This document shows positions 49,670 to 63,337 of a stretch of 64,000 nucleotides of DNA, one piece after another. Position 1 is the first letter of the stretch. Each line of letters begins with the position of its first letter. The notes beneath the pieces are model-generated. The model did no database searches and was not told the origin of the DNA. It saw nothing but the letters and a program-made list of their open reading frames with translations. This DNA comes from Mobula hypostoma (Eukaryota): the NCBI RefSeq assembly GCF_963921235.1, contig NC_086108.1:104286001-104350000 (forward strand). The letters run 5' to 3'. A program made the translations under genes and the position numbers.

Positions 49670-50180
49670 GATTTTTGGTTAGCCCGCACTTGGAGTATAG
49701 TGTGCAGTTCAGGTCACCCTATTATTGGAAGGATGTGGAGGCTTTGGAGAGGGTGCAGAAGAGATTCACCAGGATGTTGTCTGGTTTAGATGGTATGAAC
49801 TATAAGGAAACAAAAAATACTTTCGGTTCATTTTCTCTGGAGCAGTGGAGGCTGAGGAGAGGTCAGAGAGAACTTTATAAAATTATGAGAGGTAGAGATA
49901 AAGTGGAAGTGCTTTTCCCAGGGTTGAAATGTCTAATTTCAGGCTGCTTGCATTTATGTTCAAAAGGGGTGAAGCTTTTTATACAGAGAATGGTCGGTGC
50001 CTGGAATGTACTGCAGGGGTGGCAATGGAGGCAAATACAACTAGGGTCATGTGTATGCAGAGAATGGAGGAATATGGACATGTGTAAACAGAAGGGATTA
50101 GTTTGGTTAGGTGTTCAATTGCTATTTTAATTGGATCAACACAACATTGTGAGCCGAAAGGCTATACTGTTCTGCGTTCC
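49670..50180 (+). mobile_element. Degenerate CR1 3' end
   Basis: PHLEYSVQFRSPYYWKDVEALERVQKRFTRML. Confidence 0.8.
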
Positions 50181-50475
50181 ATGGTTTGTGTGCATCCATA
50201 CCGTTTACTCTGTGCACTTCAGGCCAGCAAGGAACTTGATTGCACTTTCAAAGACTCAAGGTACATTTATTATCAAAGTTTGTATGCAGTATACAACCCT
50301 GAGATTCATCTTCCCATAGAGAGCATCAAAACAAGGAAAGAAAACCACAGAACCCGTTCAAAGAAAAACATCAAACATCCAATGAACAATAAAAAGAGCA
50401 AATCGCATAAATGGCAAAAAAATGGGCAAGAAACAGATTATAAAACACCAAACCATTAGTCATCAGAACAGTCCA

Positions 50476-50477
50476 TT

Positions 50478-50511
<34 letters not shown>

Positions 50512-52610
50512 GGTGCCATGCCCAGTTTGAGCTTTGACTGCCATGGCCCACACAATCCTGTTTCGGGTCAAGTGGATCAATTCATTGGTATTCATTTCCA
50601 GTTCTCTGGCTGCTGTCTCCATCATCATTTGTCTTTGTCTTCCTCTTGCTTTCTTCCCTTCAATCTTTCCCATAATTACCGTGCATTCTAACCCCTCTTT
50701 CCTAATCACATGTCCAATGAAGTTACATTGCCTTTTCATGATCCCATACATTATTTCTCTTTTTGTGTTTACTCTGTTCATGACATCTTCATTAGATATT
50801 CGTTTCGTCCATGATATTCTTTGCATCCTCCTCAAAAACCACATCTATGCTGCTTCAATTCGTTTCCTCATGTTACTAGATATTGTCCAACATTCTGAGC
50901 CATATAACGTAACTGGATAAACATAACATTTCAGTACTCTGAGGTGGGTTGTCATGCCTAGTTTAGTATTGGTCAGCATACTCTTCATTCTCGTAAAGGT
51001 GTCTTTTGCCATCCCTATTCTTTTGATGTCCATGTCGCACCTGCCATCTGATGTCACCCAGCTTCCTAAGTAGCAAAAGTTCTGTACTTGTTTTGTCTTG
51101 CCCATTTATTCTCAGCATGCAGATAGGATTCTCCTCCTTTTTGGATATCACCATACATTCTGTCTCTTTGCAATTGATAGACCCATTTTTTCACTTCCTT
51201 CAAAAATTGTATCAATTAGGTTTTGTAGTTCTTCCTCCGTACTTGCAATTAACAGTGTCATCTGCATATCTGAAATTATTGATGTTTTCACCACCAACTT
51301 TGAGTCCCAAGATGTCTCTTATTTTTTGTAATATTGTTTCACTGGACACATTAAATAAATCGGGAGAAAACACACCCTTGTCTAACGCCTCTCTTGATTT
51401 TCATAAACTGACTCACTTCTCCATCTATTCTTACAGCGGCAGTATGTTCCCAGTACAGATTTTTTGATTAGGCAGAGGTCTTTCGAATCTAGATCTAGAG
51501 TTTCCTGTAATATCTCAAATAACGTATTGTGCTTCACTTTATCAAATGCTTTTGTGTAGTCTATAAAACAAACAAACAAATCTTTTTGCACTTGAATAGC
51601 TCATTCTGATAGTATCCTTAACATCAATATTGCGTTTCTTATATTTTTGTCTTTCACAAAACACATTGTTCTTTGCCTGTTTCAGCTTGTATCTTACTTT
51701 TAGCTCGTGTCATCAAAATTCTTTATAGTATCTTAGTGATATGACTCATTAAACTTATGGTCCTATGTAATTCACATTCTATTGCTCCAGCTTTCTTAGG
51801 AAGAGTTATAAATACTGATTTTTTTTTTTTTTTTAATCTCTTCGGTATTTTTCCAGTCTCATAAACGTCATTGATTAAGTCAGTACGTTTTTCAGTTCCA
51901 TGATCTTCAAGGGCAATAATTTGTTCTATTAATAATTCATCAGGACCTGCTGCCTTTCCTTTCTTCTTGTTGCATTATGAACTTCAGATTTTAAAATACT
52001 TGGACATTTAATGTTTTTCTTAATTTCTGGTTTTTCACCTCGATCATCTTCAAACAATTCCTGAATTACTCAATCCCTCTGTCATAATCTCATCTTTTTC
52101 CATGATAATAGTACCGTCCTTTTCTTTCAAACATCCACCTGAAGAACAGAGGAGCTTTTTTACCAGTGATATTCTTGATTTGTTGGATCAGTAATAGGGA
52201 TTCTTTCTATTTGCTCACATTCTAGGTTTAACCATTCTTCTGTGGCTTTTTGAGTTAAGCTTTTAACTTTTTTTTTAATCTAAAGATTTATATTCTATAG
52301 GATTTGCTTTCTTCTGTCTCCTTTCTTCCAGTACATTTTTGATTTCATCTGTCATCCATTTATTCTTTTTTAGGAATCACTGACTTTGCTGATTCTACCA
52401 AGGCTTCCTTTATAGTTAAATTTCATTTCCACATGATTGCTATCATTTTCAATGGATTCTATTTCTGAACTTTGAAATCTATTCCTTACTTCAATTGTAT
52501 TGTCTTAAGTTTTCTTCTTTAATTGCAAGTAGTCAAGGGATTGTTCAGGTTTTTGCTTCTTTAGTTTTTTAAGTTTTACTTTTACATGACATACTACTGG
52601 GTTATGGTCA
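50476..52610 (-). mobile_element. RTE-clade (BovB-like) LINE, 5'-truncated
   Basis: 12-bp TSD CAGAACAGTCCA (50464-50475, 52611-52622); (GAT) tail of about 11 units; same family as 26315-27345 and 43210-44623. Confidence 0.93.
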
Positions 52611-53296
52611 CAGAACAGTCCAGGTATATTGATTTCAGCTCAGTTCAGTTCAATCTAGCACTGTGTCTTCATTAACTTCAGGCCTGGACAGTCCACCTTA
52701 GTGTATATGACAATAAATTAAGCTGAATCTTGAACATTTCTGAATTCAAACCCTTTGATGCCTGGAATTAACTCACACAACCTCCATGATCTGGAGTATT
52801 ATGTTCATCTCTGATCACCTCATTACAAGAAGGAAGTGGAAGCTGTAGAGAGAGTGCAGAGGAGATTTACTTGGATTAGTTGAGCGAACTAGGGTCTTTC
52901 TCTTTGGAGAGAAGGAGGATGGAAGGTGAATTAATAGGGTGTAGAAGGTAATAAGATGCACAGATAGAGTGGAGAACTAGAGACTTCTTTTCCCAGGGCT
53001 GAAAGAACATAATTTTAAGGTGGAGGGAGCAAATGTCAGAGGTAGGTTTTTTAACACAGAAATTGGTGGGTGTGTGGAACACACTGTCAGGGGCTGGTGG
53101 TAGAGGCAGATATATTAGGGATAGTTAAGAGACTTTTAAACAGGCACATGGAGGAAAGAAAAATGGAGGGCTCTGTGGGAGGGAAGGGTTAATTGATCTT
53201 AGAGCAGGTTTAAAGGTCAGCACAACATTGTGGGCTGCAATATAAGTGTCACTAGTGAACTCACGTGCAGGAATCAAGGATGCTTCAGGTATTCAG

Positions 53297-54075
53297 CTGT
53301 GAAGTGGTTCATTTTGGTAGGTCAAATATGATGGCAGAATATAGTATTAATGGTAAGACTCTTGGCAGTGTGGAGGATCAGAGGGATCTTGGGGTCCGAG
53401 TCCATAGGACGCTCAAAGCAGCTGTGCAGATTGACTCTGTGGTTAAGAAGGCATACGGCGTATTGGCCTTCATCAATCGTGGGATTGAATTTAGGAGCTG
53501 AGAGGTAATGTTGCAGCTATATAGGACCCTGGTCAGACCCCACTTGGAGTACTGTGCTCAGTTCTGGTTGCTTCACTACAGGAAGGACGTGGAAACCATA
53601 GAAAGGGTGCAGAGGAGATTTACAAGGATGTTACCTGGATTGGGGAGCATGCCTTATGAAAACGGGTTGAGTGAACTCGGCCTTTTTTCCTTGGAGCGAC
53701 GGAGGATGAGAGGTGACCTGATAGAGGTGTATAAGATGATGAGAGGCATTGATCATGTGGATAGTCAGAGGCTTTTTCCCAGGGCTGAAATGGCTGCCAC
53801 AAGAGGGCACAGGTTTAAGGTGCTTGGGAGTAGGTACAGAGGTGATGTCAGGGGTAAGTTTTTCACTCAGAGTGATGGGTGCATGGAATGGGCTGCCGGC
53901 AACAGTGGTGGAGGCAGATACGATAGGGTCTTTTAAGAGACTTTTGGATAGGTACATGGAGCTTAGAATAGAGGGCTATGGGTAAGCCTAGTAATTTCTA
54001 AGGTAGGGACATGTTTGGCACAAATTTGTGGGCTGAAGGGCCTGTATTGTGCTGTAGGTTTTCTATGTTTCTATA
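53297..54075 (+). mobile_element. CR1 LINE 3' portion
   Basis: CEVVHFGRSN...LVRPHLEYCAQFW...GKFFTQ; (tttctatg) tail. Confidence 0.9.
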
Positions 54076-54929
54076 CAAATAAAAATAAAAATTGATTACA
54101 AAAATTAATTAGGAAATCTAACAAGAGCTCAGGCGAACTGTACAGAACTTGATGAACAGAAATCATTGACAATACACAGAAGAACTTGGTTTAAATTTCA
54201 CCTGACAAGGAGCCACAGTGACCCAACAAAGAGGAGTTGGCATGTCCCCCCTGAACTACACCCCAGTAAGTTCCAGACATTGACAATACCTTGCTAAGTA
54301 AATGATGCCAAACTGAATTAGTGATCAAAACAAAGAGTTCAACAATCCCCAGGATCCGAAATGACACACCTACAAAACAAAGTGGAAAACCTGGAGCCAG
54401 TGCAAAGACAAACAACATAAAACTACACAATCCACAAGGACAACGCAGACCCAGACGGTGATGTTGAGAAAATACAGACTACATACTAACTGACAAAAAA
54501 AGATGTATTTTTTTAAAAAACTATCCCCGGTTGGGACCTGAAGGGCTTCTGCTGTGGTGCACTGTTCTATGCTTTTTGACATGTGCTGTTTTGTAGTGTT
54601 CTGTGAGCACGGTGGGTGTGCCATGTTAGTATTAGAGTGTGTAGTAACACTTGCGGGCTGCCCTCAGTACATCCTTGGGTGCGCTGGCTGTTAGTGCAAA
54701 TGAGACATTTCTCCGTTGGTTTTGATGTACATGTGGTAAATAAATCTGAATCTAAATAGTCGATGTTCAGTGTTCACACCTCTCTCCTCCTTCAAGGCAT
54801 TCCTTACAACCTCTGTGCTCAAGTCCATCTTAAGCTCCCCTTTGGGTGTGAGGTCAATTTGTTTGGAACCAACTTTGTACCACATGAAAGTTATCAAGAT
54901 CAGATTTAATATCATTGGCATATTTCGTG

Positions 54930-55475
54930 CTATATTTCATTTGGAGCTTGAGGAGATTTGGTATGTCATCCAAGACGCTTTCAGATTTCTACAACTGTAC
55001 CCTAGAGAGCATTCTAACTGGCTGCATCACTGTCTCGTATGGGGGGGGGGTCACTGCACAGGTTCGAAACAAGCTGCAGAGTGTTATAAACTTAGTCAGC
55101 TCCATCATGGGTACTATCCTCTGACTATCCAGGGCACCTTCAAGGACCAACGCCTCAGAAAGTTGGCGTCCATCATTAAAGACCCCCGTCACCCAGGTCA
55201 TGCCTTGTTCTCATTGCTACCATCAGGAAGGAGGTACAGGAGGCACTCACTCAGCGATTCAGGAACAGTTTCTTCCCCTCTGCCACCTGATTTCTGAATG
55301 GACATTGAACATATGAACACTACCTCTACTTTCTTTATTTCTGTTTTTGCATTACTTAGTTAATTTACGTAATTTACATTTTTTTCCTATTATTATGTAT
55401 CGCAATGTACTGCTGCCACAAAGACAAAATGTCTCACAACATATGCCGTGATATTAAAGTTGATTCTGATTCTAA
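54930..55475 (+). mobile_element. Rex1/Babar 3' end
   Basis: FYNCTLESILTGCITV, HPGHALFSLLPSGRRYR; (ctgatt) tail. Confidence 0.8.
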
Positions 55476-55869
55476 AATTTGTTGTTTTGCAGCAGCAGTA
55501 CATTGTAAAATATGATAAAAATAAATTACAAGTACTGTATATATAAAAATAAATTAAATAAGTAGGGCAAACAGGAAAAAAAAAGGTAGCGCGGTGGTGT
55601 TCCTGGGTTCATTGTCCATTCAGAATCTAATGGTGGACGGGAAGAAGTTGCTCCTGAACCTCCGAGTGCGTCTCTTAAGGCTCTGCACCTCCGCGGTGAT
55701 TATATCACTGAGAGGAGAGCATGCCATGGGAGACGGGGGTCCTTAAATGATGGATACGGACTTGTTGAGGCATCCCCTTTTGAAGATGTCCTCGATTCTG
55801 GGGAGGCTGGTGCCCCTGATGGATTTGTCTGAGTTTCTAACTTTCCGCAGCTTGCGTTCTTAGAGAAAT

Positions 55870-56062
55870 CCTGTCTCCCGGGGGAAGTGGTGCTCAGCTC
55901 GGCCGCGTCACTGGGCGGCGTAGGGAGCAGGATCCAATCCTGGCCGAGGCAGTGCTCTGGACTCCAGCTTAACTCGGCGGGTTCACTGTCCGCACCCACT
56001 GGGAGCGGTCGCTGCGAGGAGCAGCATCGGGGTTTTGGACCGCACGGAGCATGCAAGTAAGC
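55870..56062 (+). promoter_or_regulatory. CpG-island promoter and candidate first exon of an unidentified host gene
   Basis: Non-repetitive, GC- and CpG-rich; CGTCA half-CRE, GGGCGG and CCAAT motifs at 55905-55938; agcATG CAA followed by donor GTAAGC at 56057. Confidence 0.55.
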
Positions 56063-56994
56063 ATTTAATCTTTTACGGTATGGACGTTTCTGAAAGCCGA
56101 ATTCAGTTTATATCGACACTAAAACCGCGAGAATTCTGATTAGAACAAGATTGCGGAAACACCGCTTTAGAAACTTCATTTTTAACACATTCGAACTTGT
56201 AAAGCGATATATAGATTTCGGATTTAATACGGACGCCTGACCCTGGAACTTCCCGAAGTCGCAGAGATGCGGCTGTTTGCCTTTCTCTATCCTGCTTTCT
56301 CCGTGGCGAGAGCTCCCCTCGAATTTACGCACCGCTGTTATGGTCAAGCAGGTGTAATCTGGGGAGCATGTTAATAACCCGAGGAAAGATGGGGCAGTTT
56401 TAGGGGGTAGAATTTTTCATTGCAAACCCGGGTCTCGGCAGCTTTGACCGAGATGATGGAGGTTCCATGCAACATGAACAGGGCGGTTGTATCAACACTT
56501 GCGCTAAATACTAAATTCTAAATACGCAAATTACCGAAACCAGATTTCCGCATTTCTTCTGCTCCTGTAATTTGTTGTAGCAAATTACCTTGATATTTTT
56601 CAAATTTAGCACCTGCTCCGAAGAACCTAACGAGTATATTTTGGGGAAATTTTTATTTTTGCGGTAAGGGCGGGTATGGATTCCCCAATCTGATTTTGTA
56701 TATGCAGCATAAATGTTCGTATATATAGAAGTATTTTTATATCTAAAAGTATTTAAGCAGCGACTGTCCGTATTCCATTGTTTTTATCCCTCTGCAGAAA
56801 GGTGCAGGATTTTATGGTGGACGGGTAGTCGTTAGGAGCTACGTGTGAAAATTCACTGGACCATGAAAACACAGGAGCAGAATTAGGCCATTCGGCCCAT
56901 CGACTCATATTGATGCAATTATAAAGAAAGAAAGACAGCGGCTATATTTCTTTAGGAGTTTGAGGAAACTTGAGGACCTAATCTGGTCCTAACA

Positions 56995-57605
56995 TATCGA
57001 TGCAGGTACAAAGAAGGCAAGATAGCGACTACATTTCATTAGGAATTTGAAGGGAATTGGTATGTCAGCAAAAACACTCAAAAACTTCTATACAGTAGAT
57101 ATACCATGGAGAGCATTCTGACAGGCTGCGTCGCTGTCTGGTAAAGGGGAGGGCGCAACTGGCAGGTCCGAAAGAAGCTGCAGAGGGTTGTAAATTTAGT
57201 CAGCTCCATCTTGGGTACTAGCCTACAAAGTACCCAAGACATCTTCAAGGAGCGATGTCTCAGAAAGGCAGCGTCCATTATTAAGGACCTCCAGCACCCA
57301 GGGCATGCCCTTTTCTCACTGTTACCATCAGGTAGGAGGTACAGAAGCTTGAAGGCACACACTCAGTGATTCAGGAACAGTTTCTTCCCCTCTGCCATCT
57401 GATTCCTAAATGGACATTGAATCCTTGGACACTACCTCACTTTTAAAATTATATATTATTTCTGTTTTGAACGATTTTAATCTATTACATATACTGTAAT
57501 AGATTTACTTACTTTTTCCATTCTATATTATGTATTGCATTGAACTGCTGCTGCTAAGTTAACAAATTTCACGGCACATGCCGGTGATAATAAGCCTGAT
57601 TCTGG
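56995..57605 (+). mobile_element. Rex1/Babar 3' end
   Basis: Nearly the reverse complement of 14340-14666. Confidence 0.85.
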
Positions 57606-59009
57606 TATGTCACCAAAGACGCTCGCAAATTTCAGATGTACGGCAGGCAGCATTCTAACCTGTTGCATCCTCGTCTGGCATGACGGGTCCACTGCACAGG
57701 ATCGGGGAAAAAAAACACTGCAGAAATTTGTGAACTCTTCCAGTTCCACCGTGGGCTCGAACCTCCCCAGCATCGAGGAAACCTTCAAAAACCGATACCT
57801 CAAAAAGGCGGCATCCATCATTCAGGGCCCACCGACCACGCCCCGTCACCCAGGACACGCCTTGCTCCCATTGTTAATCATCCGGGAGGAGGTGCAGGAG
57901 CCTGAAGACACGCACAACACTTGAGGGGCAGCTTCTTCCCGTCCGCCCTCAGATTTCTGAACGGGCAATGAACCCCAAAACACTATTTTGTTTCCCCTCG
58001 TTTTGCACTACTTATTGAATTTTCTTTTCTTGTATATACTTATTGTAGTTTATAGTTTTCATTGTTATGTATTGCTGCCGCAGTACAACAAATTGCACCA
58101 CATTTGGCAGTGATACTAAATCTGAGTCTAAGTCTGCTCCACCATTCCATCATGGCTGATTTATTGTCCTTCTCAACTCCTTTCTCCAGCCTTCTTCCCA
58201 TAATCTCTGCACCCTTAATTATCAACCTTCACTTTAAATACTGTATACCCAATGAATTGGCCTTCATAGTCATCTCTGGAAATGAATTCCACAGATTCAC
58301 CACCCTTTAGCTAAAGAAATCCCTCCTCATCCCTGTTCTGAAGGGACGTCCTTTTATTCCGAGGCTGTGCCCTCTGGTCCTAGACACCCCTGCTACAGGA
58401 AACATCACCTCCACATTCGCTCTATCTAGGCTATAGGTTTGAATGAGATCCCCCCCCCTCATTCTTCTAAACTTCAATGATTACAGGCTCAGAGCCTCAT
58501 CTGTTCACACCTTCATTCCCAGGTTCATTCTTGTAAACCTCCACTGGATCTTCTCCAATGCCAGCACAAAAATAGTTGAGTATGGGGCCGAAAGGGTAAC
58601 AAATCTCTGGAACTCTCTGCATCTGTGCATGGTGGAGCACAAGCCATTAGACAATGTTAAGGTGGAGATTCGATGGATTTCAGTGAGATTCCCCCCCCCC
58701 CCCCAATTCTTCTAAACTCCAGCGAGCACAGAGCTATCAAATGCTCTTCGTACGTTAACTCTTCCATTCCGGGATCATTCCTCTGCACCCTCTTCAATCC
58801 TATCACATTCTTTCTTAGCCAAGGGACCCGAAATGCTCCTGGTGTAACCAGGATTGTTAAGAGACTGTCTTGAGAGTCTGCAGATGCTGAAATCTGGAGC
58901 AACAAACTAACTGCTGGAGGAACTCAGCAGGGTGAGCAGCACCACTGGAGGCAGAGGGCTCTGGCCAAGCCTCAACGTCAGGGATTTAAATTCAGATAAT
59001 GTAATTAAG

Positions 59010-59560
59010 GTTGTTATAGCCAGGGGTGGTAATGAGGACAAGCTCCCACTACCTATTAAATGTTCCCAATGGTGTGCGCCTCAAATAGCCTCTAACAACC
59101 AAGTCCAGCTCCTGGCCTTCACATGTGGCTTAGCTACTAAGCCCAGCAGAACCATTTCTACTGATAGGAGAAGGGGAAAAGCCAGGTTACTGGTGCCATA
59201 AAACCAGTCACTTTGGGCAGATGGGGCTCATTAGCCATGGTCGGCAGCTCATCTAGGAGAAAGAAAACTCTGATGTCAAACCTCCAGTGCTTTGTGGCTA
59301 TACCCACTCATGGGGAAGGCTCCAGGAGTAAACCCCAAGGGAACGATCCAGTCCCTAAGGCAGTCCTACATTGAGTTCAATGCTGACTGGCAACTCTTGC
59401 GATGCTGCTGGTACCAAACTGTATCGGTCTCTGCCGTCCCTTTGGGTTTATCAGATGCGTGGAGAGGGGGAGCTTATTCTCCATATCGTACTGCCCAGGC
59501 TTATGTATCGAGATAGCTAGAACGCAATACCTATGGTCAATTCTGACTAATGGAGGCCCT
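59010..59560 (+). mobile_element. Probable non-coding non-autonomous retroposon with several hairpins
   Basis: Recognised only by resemblance to RTE-type 5' UTRs ('gcagctcatctaggagaaagaaaactctga'). Confidence 0.4.
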
Positions 59561-59805
59561 CCTCACGATTAATACAAAATTGGAGCTGAGAACTACTTGT
59601 ACAGACATCTGACTCACCAATGTCTATTAAGGGTTAGTTGATACCAGAATTCTATTTGAAAATCATTTAAGGGATGTGCTGTATATGTGTCTAAAAATAG
59701 ATTGAGATATTCTAGCACCTGATGGCACAGCCTCGGGACAGTGAGATGTACAATTAGAACAGACATGAGGAATTTCTTTAGCCTGAGGGTGGTGAATCTA
59801 TGAAA

Positions 59806-60897
59806 TTTAGTCCCACTTCCCCGCCTTCTCACCATAACCCTTGATGCCCTGGCTACTCAGATACCTATCAATCTCTGCTTTAAATACACCCAATGACTTG
59901 GCCCCTACTGCCGCCCGTGGCAACAAATTCCATAGATTCACCACCCTCTGGCTAAAAAAATTTCTTCGCATCTCTGTTTTGAATGGGCGCCCTTCAATCC
60001 TTAAGTCATGCCCTCTCGTACTAGACTCCCCCATCATGGGAAACAACTTTACCACATCCACTCTGTCCATGCCTTTCAACATTCGAAATGTTTCTATGAG
60101 GTCTCCCCTCATTCTTCTAAACGCCAAGGAATACAGTCCAAGAGCGGACAAACGTTCCTCATATGTTAACCCTCTCATTCCCGGAATCATTCTATTGAAT
60201 CTTCTTTGTACCCTCTCCATCATCAGCACATCCTTTCTTAAATAAGGAGCCCAAAACTGCCCACAGTACTCCAAGTGAGGTCTCAATAGTGCCTTATAGA
60301 GCCTCGACATCACATCCCTGCTCCTATACTCTATTCCTCTAGAAATGAATGCCAACATTGCATTCGCCGCCTTCACCACCGACTCAACCTGGAGGTTAAC
60401 CTTAAGGGTATCCTGCACAAGGACTCCCAAGTCCCGTTGCATCTCAGAACTTTGAATTCTCACTCCATTTAAATATAGTCTGCCCATTTATTTCTTCTGC
60501 CAAAGTGCATAACCATACACTATCCAACATTGTACTTCATTTGCCACTTCTTTGCCCATTCTTCCAATCTATCCAAGTCTCTCTGCAGACTCTCTGTTTC
60601 CTCAGCACTACCGGCCCCTCCACCTATCTTTGTATCATCAGCAAACTTAGCCACAAAGCCATCTATTCCATAATCCAAATCATTGATGTACAACTTAAAA
60701 AGAAGTGGCTCCAACACGGGCCCCTGTGGAACACCACTGGTAACCGGCAGAAACCAGAATAGGATCCCTTTATTTCCACTCTGTTTCCTGCCAATCAGCC
60801 AACGCGCTATCCACGTATGTAACTTTCCCGTAATTCCATGGGCTCTGATCTTGTTAAGTAGCCTCATGTGTGGCACCTTGTCAAAGGCCTTCTGAAA
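59806..60897 (-). mobile_element. CR1 LINE 3' portion
   Basis: ORFs 59807-60487 and 60520-60876 (SGVPQG, FADD). Confidence 0.92.
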
Positions 60898-61414
60898 CTA
60901 CGCAAGCTTGCTCTGCAATTCAACACAGAACTGTTATATTGACTTAATCACATTCCTGGCTGAGCCCCTCATCCCCTGATCACCTTAAGGTCCAAAGTCA
61001 AAGTAAATTTCTTTGTCGAAGTTCATAAATATTACCACATAGTACCTTGGGATTCATATTCTTGTAGGGATTTACAGGAAAATAAAGAAATGCAATAGAA
61101 TCTGTGGAATTCATTGCCACAAATGACTGTGGAGGCCAAGTATATTGGGTATATTTAAAGCAGTGGTTGGTAGGATCATGATTAGCAAGAGCATCAATGG
61201 TTACGGGGAGAAGGCAGGAGAAGACGTTGATGGGGATAATAAATCAGCCACGATGGAATAGTGGGCCAGACTCGATGGGCTGATTCTGCTCCTTTGTCTT
61301 ATGGCCTTGTGGTCTAATGGAGGGTCTAGAAAAGATGGGTTTAGCAATGAGGGATTTTACCAACAGATTTAAAAGAAAATAAATAATGAGTTGTTGAGTC
61401 CATTGTTTGTGGAA

Positions 61415-61678
61415 CCACAAATGAGAGAAAATCTGCAGGTGCTGAAAATTCAAGCAACACACATGCTGGAGGAACTCAGCAGGCCAGGCAGCATCTATGG
61501 AAAAGAGCAAACAGTTGATGTTTTGGTCCAGAGTAAGAAGATACACTGCTTGCTCTGACCTCATCTTTTTTTTTCCAGTCCTGGTGAAGAGTCTTGGCCC
61601 AAAATGTCAACTGCTTGCTCTTTTCCATAGATGCTGCCTGGACTGCTGAGTTCCTCCAGCATTTTGAGTGTGTTGCAT
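61415..61678. mobile_element. Palindromic non-coding PLE mini-element (decayed hammerheads)
   Basis: Arm 61455-61530 is the inverse of 61593-61676; gtcctggtgaagagtcttggcccaaaatgtcaactg; TTG(T/-)GTGGAA(C/T)CA-like repeat on both flanks. Confidence 0.75.
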
Positions 61679-61689
61679 AGGTTGTGGAA

Positions 61690-62222
61690 TCAGCTCAGTG
61701 CTGCGGGGAGTAAAGTTGTCTATGTCGGTTCTGGAGTCTGATGGTTGAGGGGTGATCACTGTTCTTGAACCTGTGGTGTGGGACTTAAATCTGCTCTACC
61801 TCCTGCCCAACGGTAGTGGCAAGAAGAGAACATGGCCTGGATGATGGATGCTGCTTTCTTGTGGCATTGCTCCTTGTAAATGTGCTCAGTGGTGGGAAGG
61901 GCTTTGTCTGTGATGGACTGTGCTGTGCCAATCAATTTCTGTAAACTTTTCCATTCCTGGGCATTGATGTCTCCATACCAGAGCGTGATGCAATCTGTTG
62001 GGATACTCTCCAGTGTGCAACAACAGAAGTGTGTTAGAGTTTTTGGTGACTTGGTGAATCTACACAAACTTCTAGTAGACGGACTGCTCTGGCTTTTTGT
62101 AATGGGGCTTGCATGCCGGTACCAGGACAGATCCTCTGCTACGATAATGCTGAGGAATTTAAAGTTACTGACCTTCTCCACCTCTGACCCCCTAATGAGG
62201 ACTAGGCATGTATCAACCTCCA
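61690..62222 (-). mobile_element. Degenerate Rex1/Babar 3' end
   Basis: VEKVSNFKFLSIIVAEDLSW, ESIPTDCITLWYG. Confidence 0.8.
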
Positions 62223-63337
62223 TCTTGGATCTTTGGCTGGCCAGAACTCTTTCAGTTCTGAGTGTTTACAAAGCTCCGAGCATGGAAACTTCCCAATTCC
62301 TGCTCTTAGCGGCTAGATGCTTTAATGCAAGTAAGTGTAAAGTTTCAGTTATGAGGAGGGGTTGGATGGGCTGAGCTTGTTTTCTTTGTAGTGGATTTCT
62401 GAACCCATAAATACCATCTCACTATTTCTCCTGGCACAATTTATTAGTTTTCATAACTTGTAGTAATTTGGAGGACTGCACTGAACTGCTGCTGCTGCAA
62501 AACAACGAATTCCACGATATATGTCAGTAATAATGAATGTGATTCTTCCTCTGCCAGTACTCTTGGCAGTGTGTTCCGTCCACGTTGCCCCCCCAATACT
62601 TCCCTTTAATCATCTTAAAATTATGTCTGCTCATAAAAGCTATTTCCACCCTGGAGTAAGTCTTAAGCTGTCCACTCAAAAAATGCCTCTTTTCTTGTTA
62701 TATGTCACCTCTTATCCTCCCTTGCTCCGAAGAGGAAAAAGCTCCAGCTTGCTTAACATCTCCTCATAAGGCATGGTCTCTAATCCAAGTATTTTCCTGG
62801 AAAATCTCCTCTGCATCCTCTCTAAAGCTTCCACATCCTTCCTATAAGGAAGCAACCAGAAATGAACACAATACTTCGTGGTCTAACAAGAGTGTTATAG
62901 AGCTGCAATCTATCCTCTTTGCTTCATGACTCTTGAACCAAAGGGGTAACTTCACTAGCCCCACCATTAAAATGTTCCAATAACTTATGGACTCACTTTC
63001 AAGGAATCTTCATATCATGGTCTTGATATTGATTCCTTACTTAATATTGTTTATTTTTTAAAAACCTCTCATCCTCCTTTGTTCCAAAGAAAAAAGCCCT
63101 AGTTCACTCAACTATCTTCATGAGATATGCTTTCTAATCCGGGCAGTATCCTGGTAAATCTCCTCTGCATCCTTTCTAAAGCTTCCAGATCCTTCCTGTA
63201 AGGAGACGACTAGAACTGAACACAATATACCAATGAATAAATAATCATTAAAATAAATTGCTAATTGCCAGCACAGATCCTTGTGGTGTGAGACTAATAG
63301 CTTATGTTAACCTGAAAACAATTTTATTTTGAAACAT

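Noticed and set aside
59085..59185. Possible twister ribozyme (TAA...CTAAGCCC...AGGG)
   Set aside because: gcttag-cta-ctaagc is a plain hairpin; the P2, P4 and pseudoknot pairings are absent
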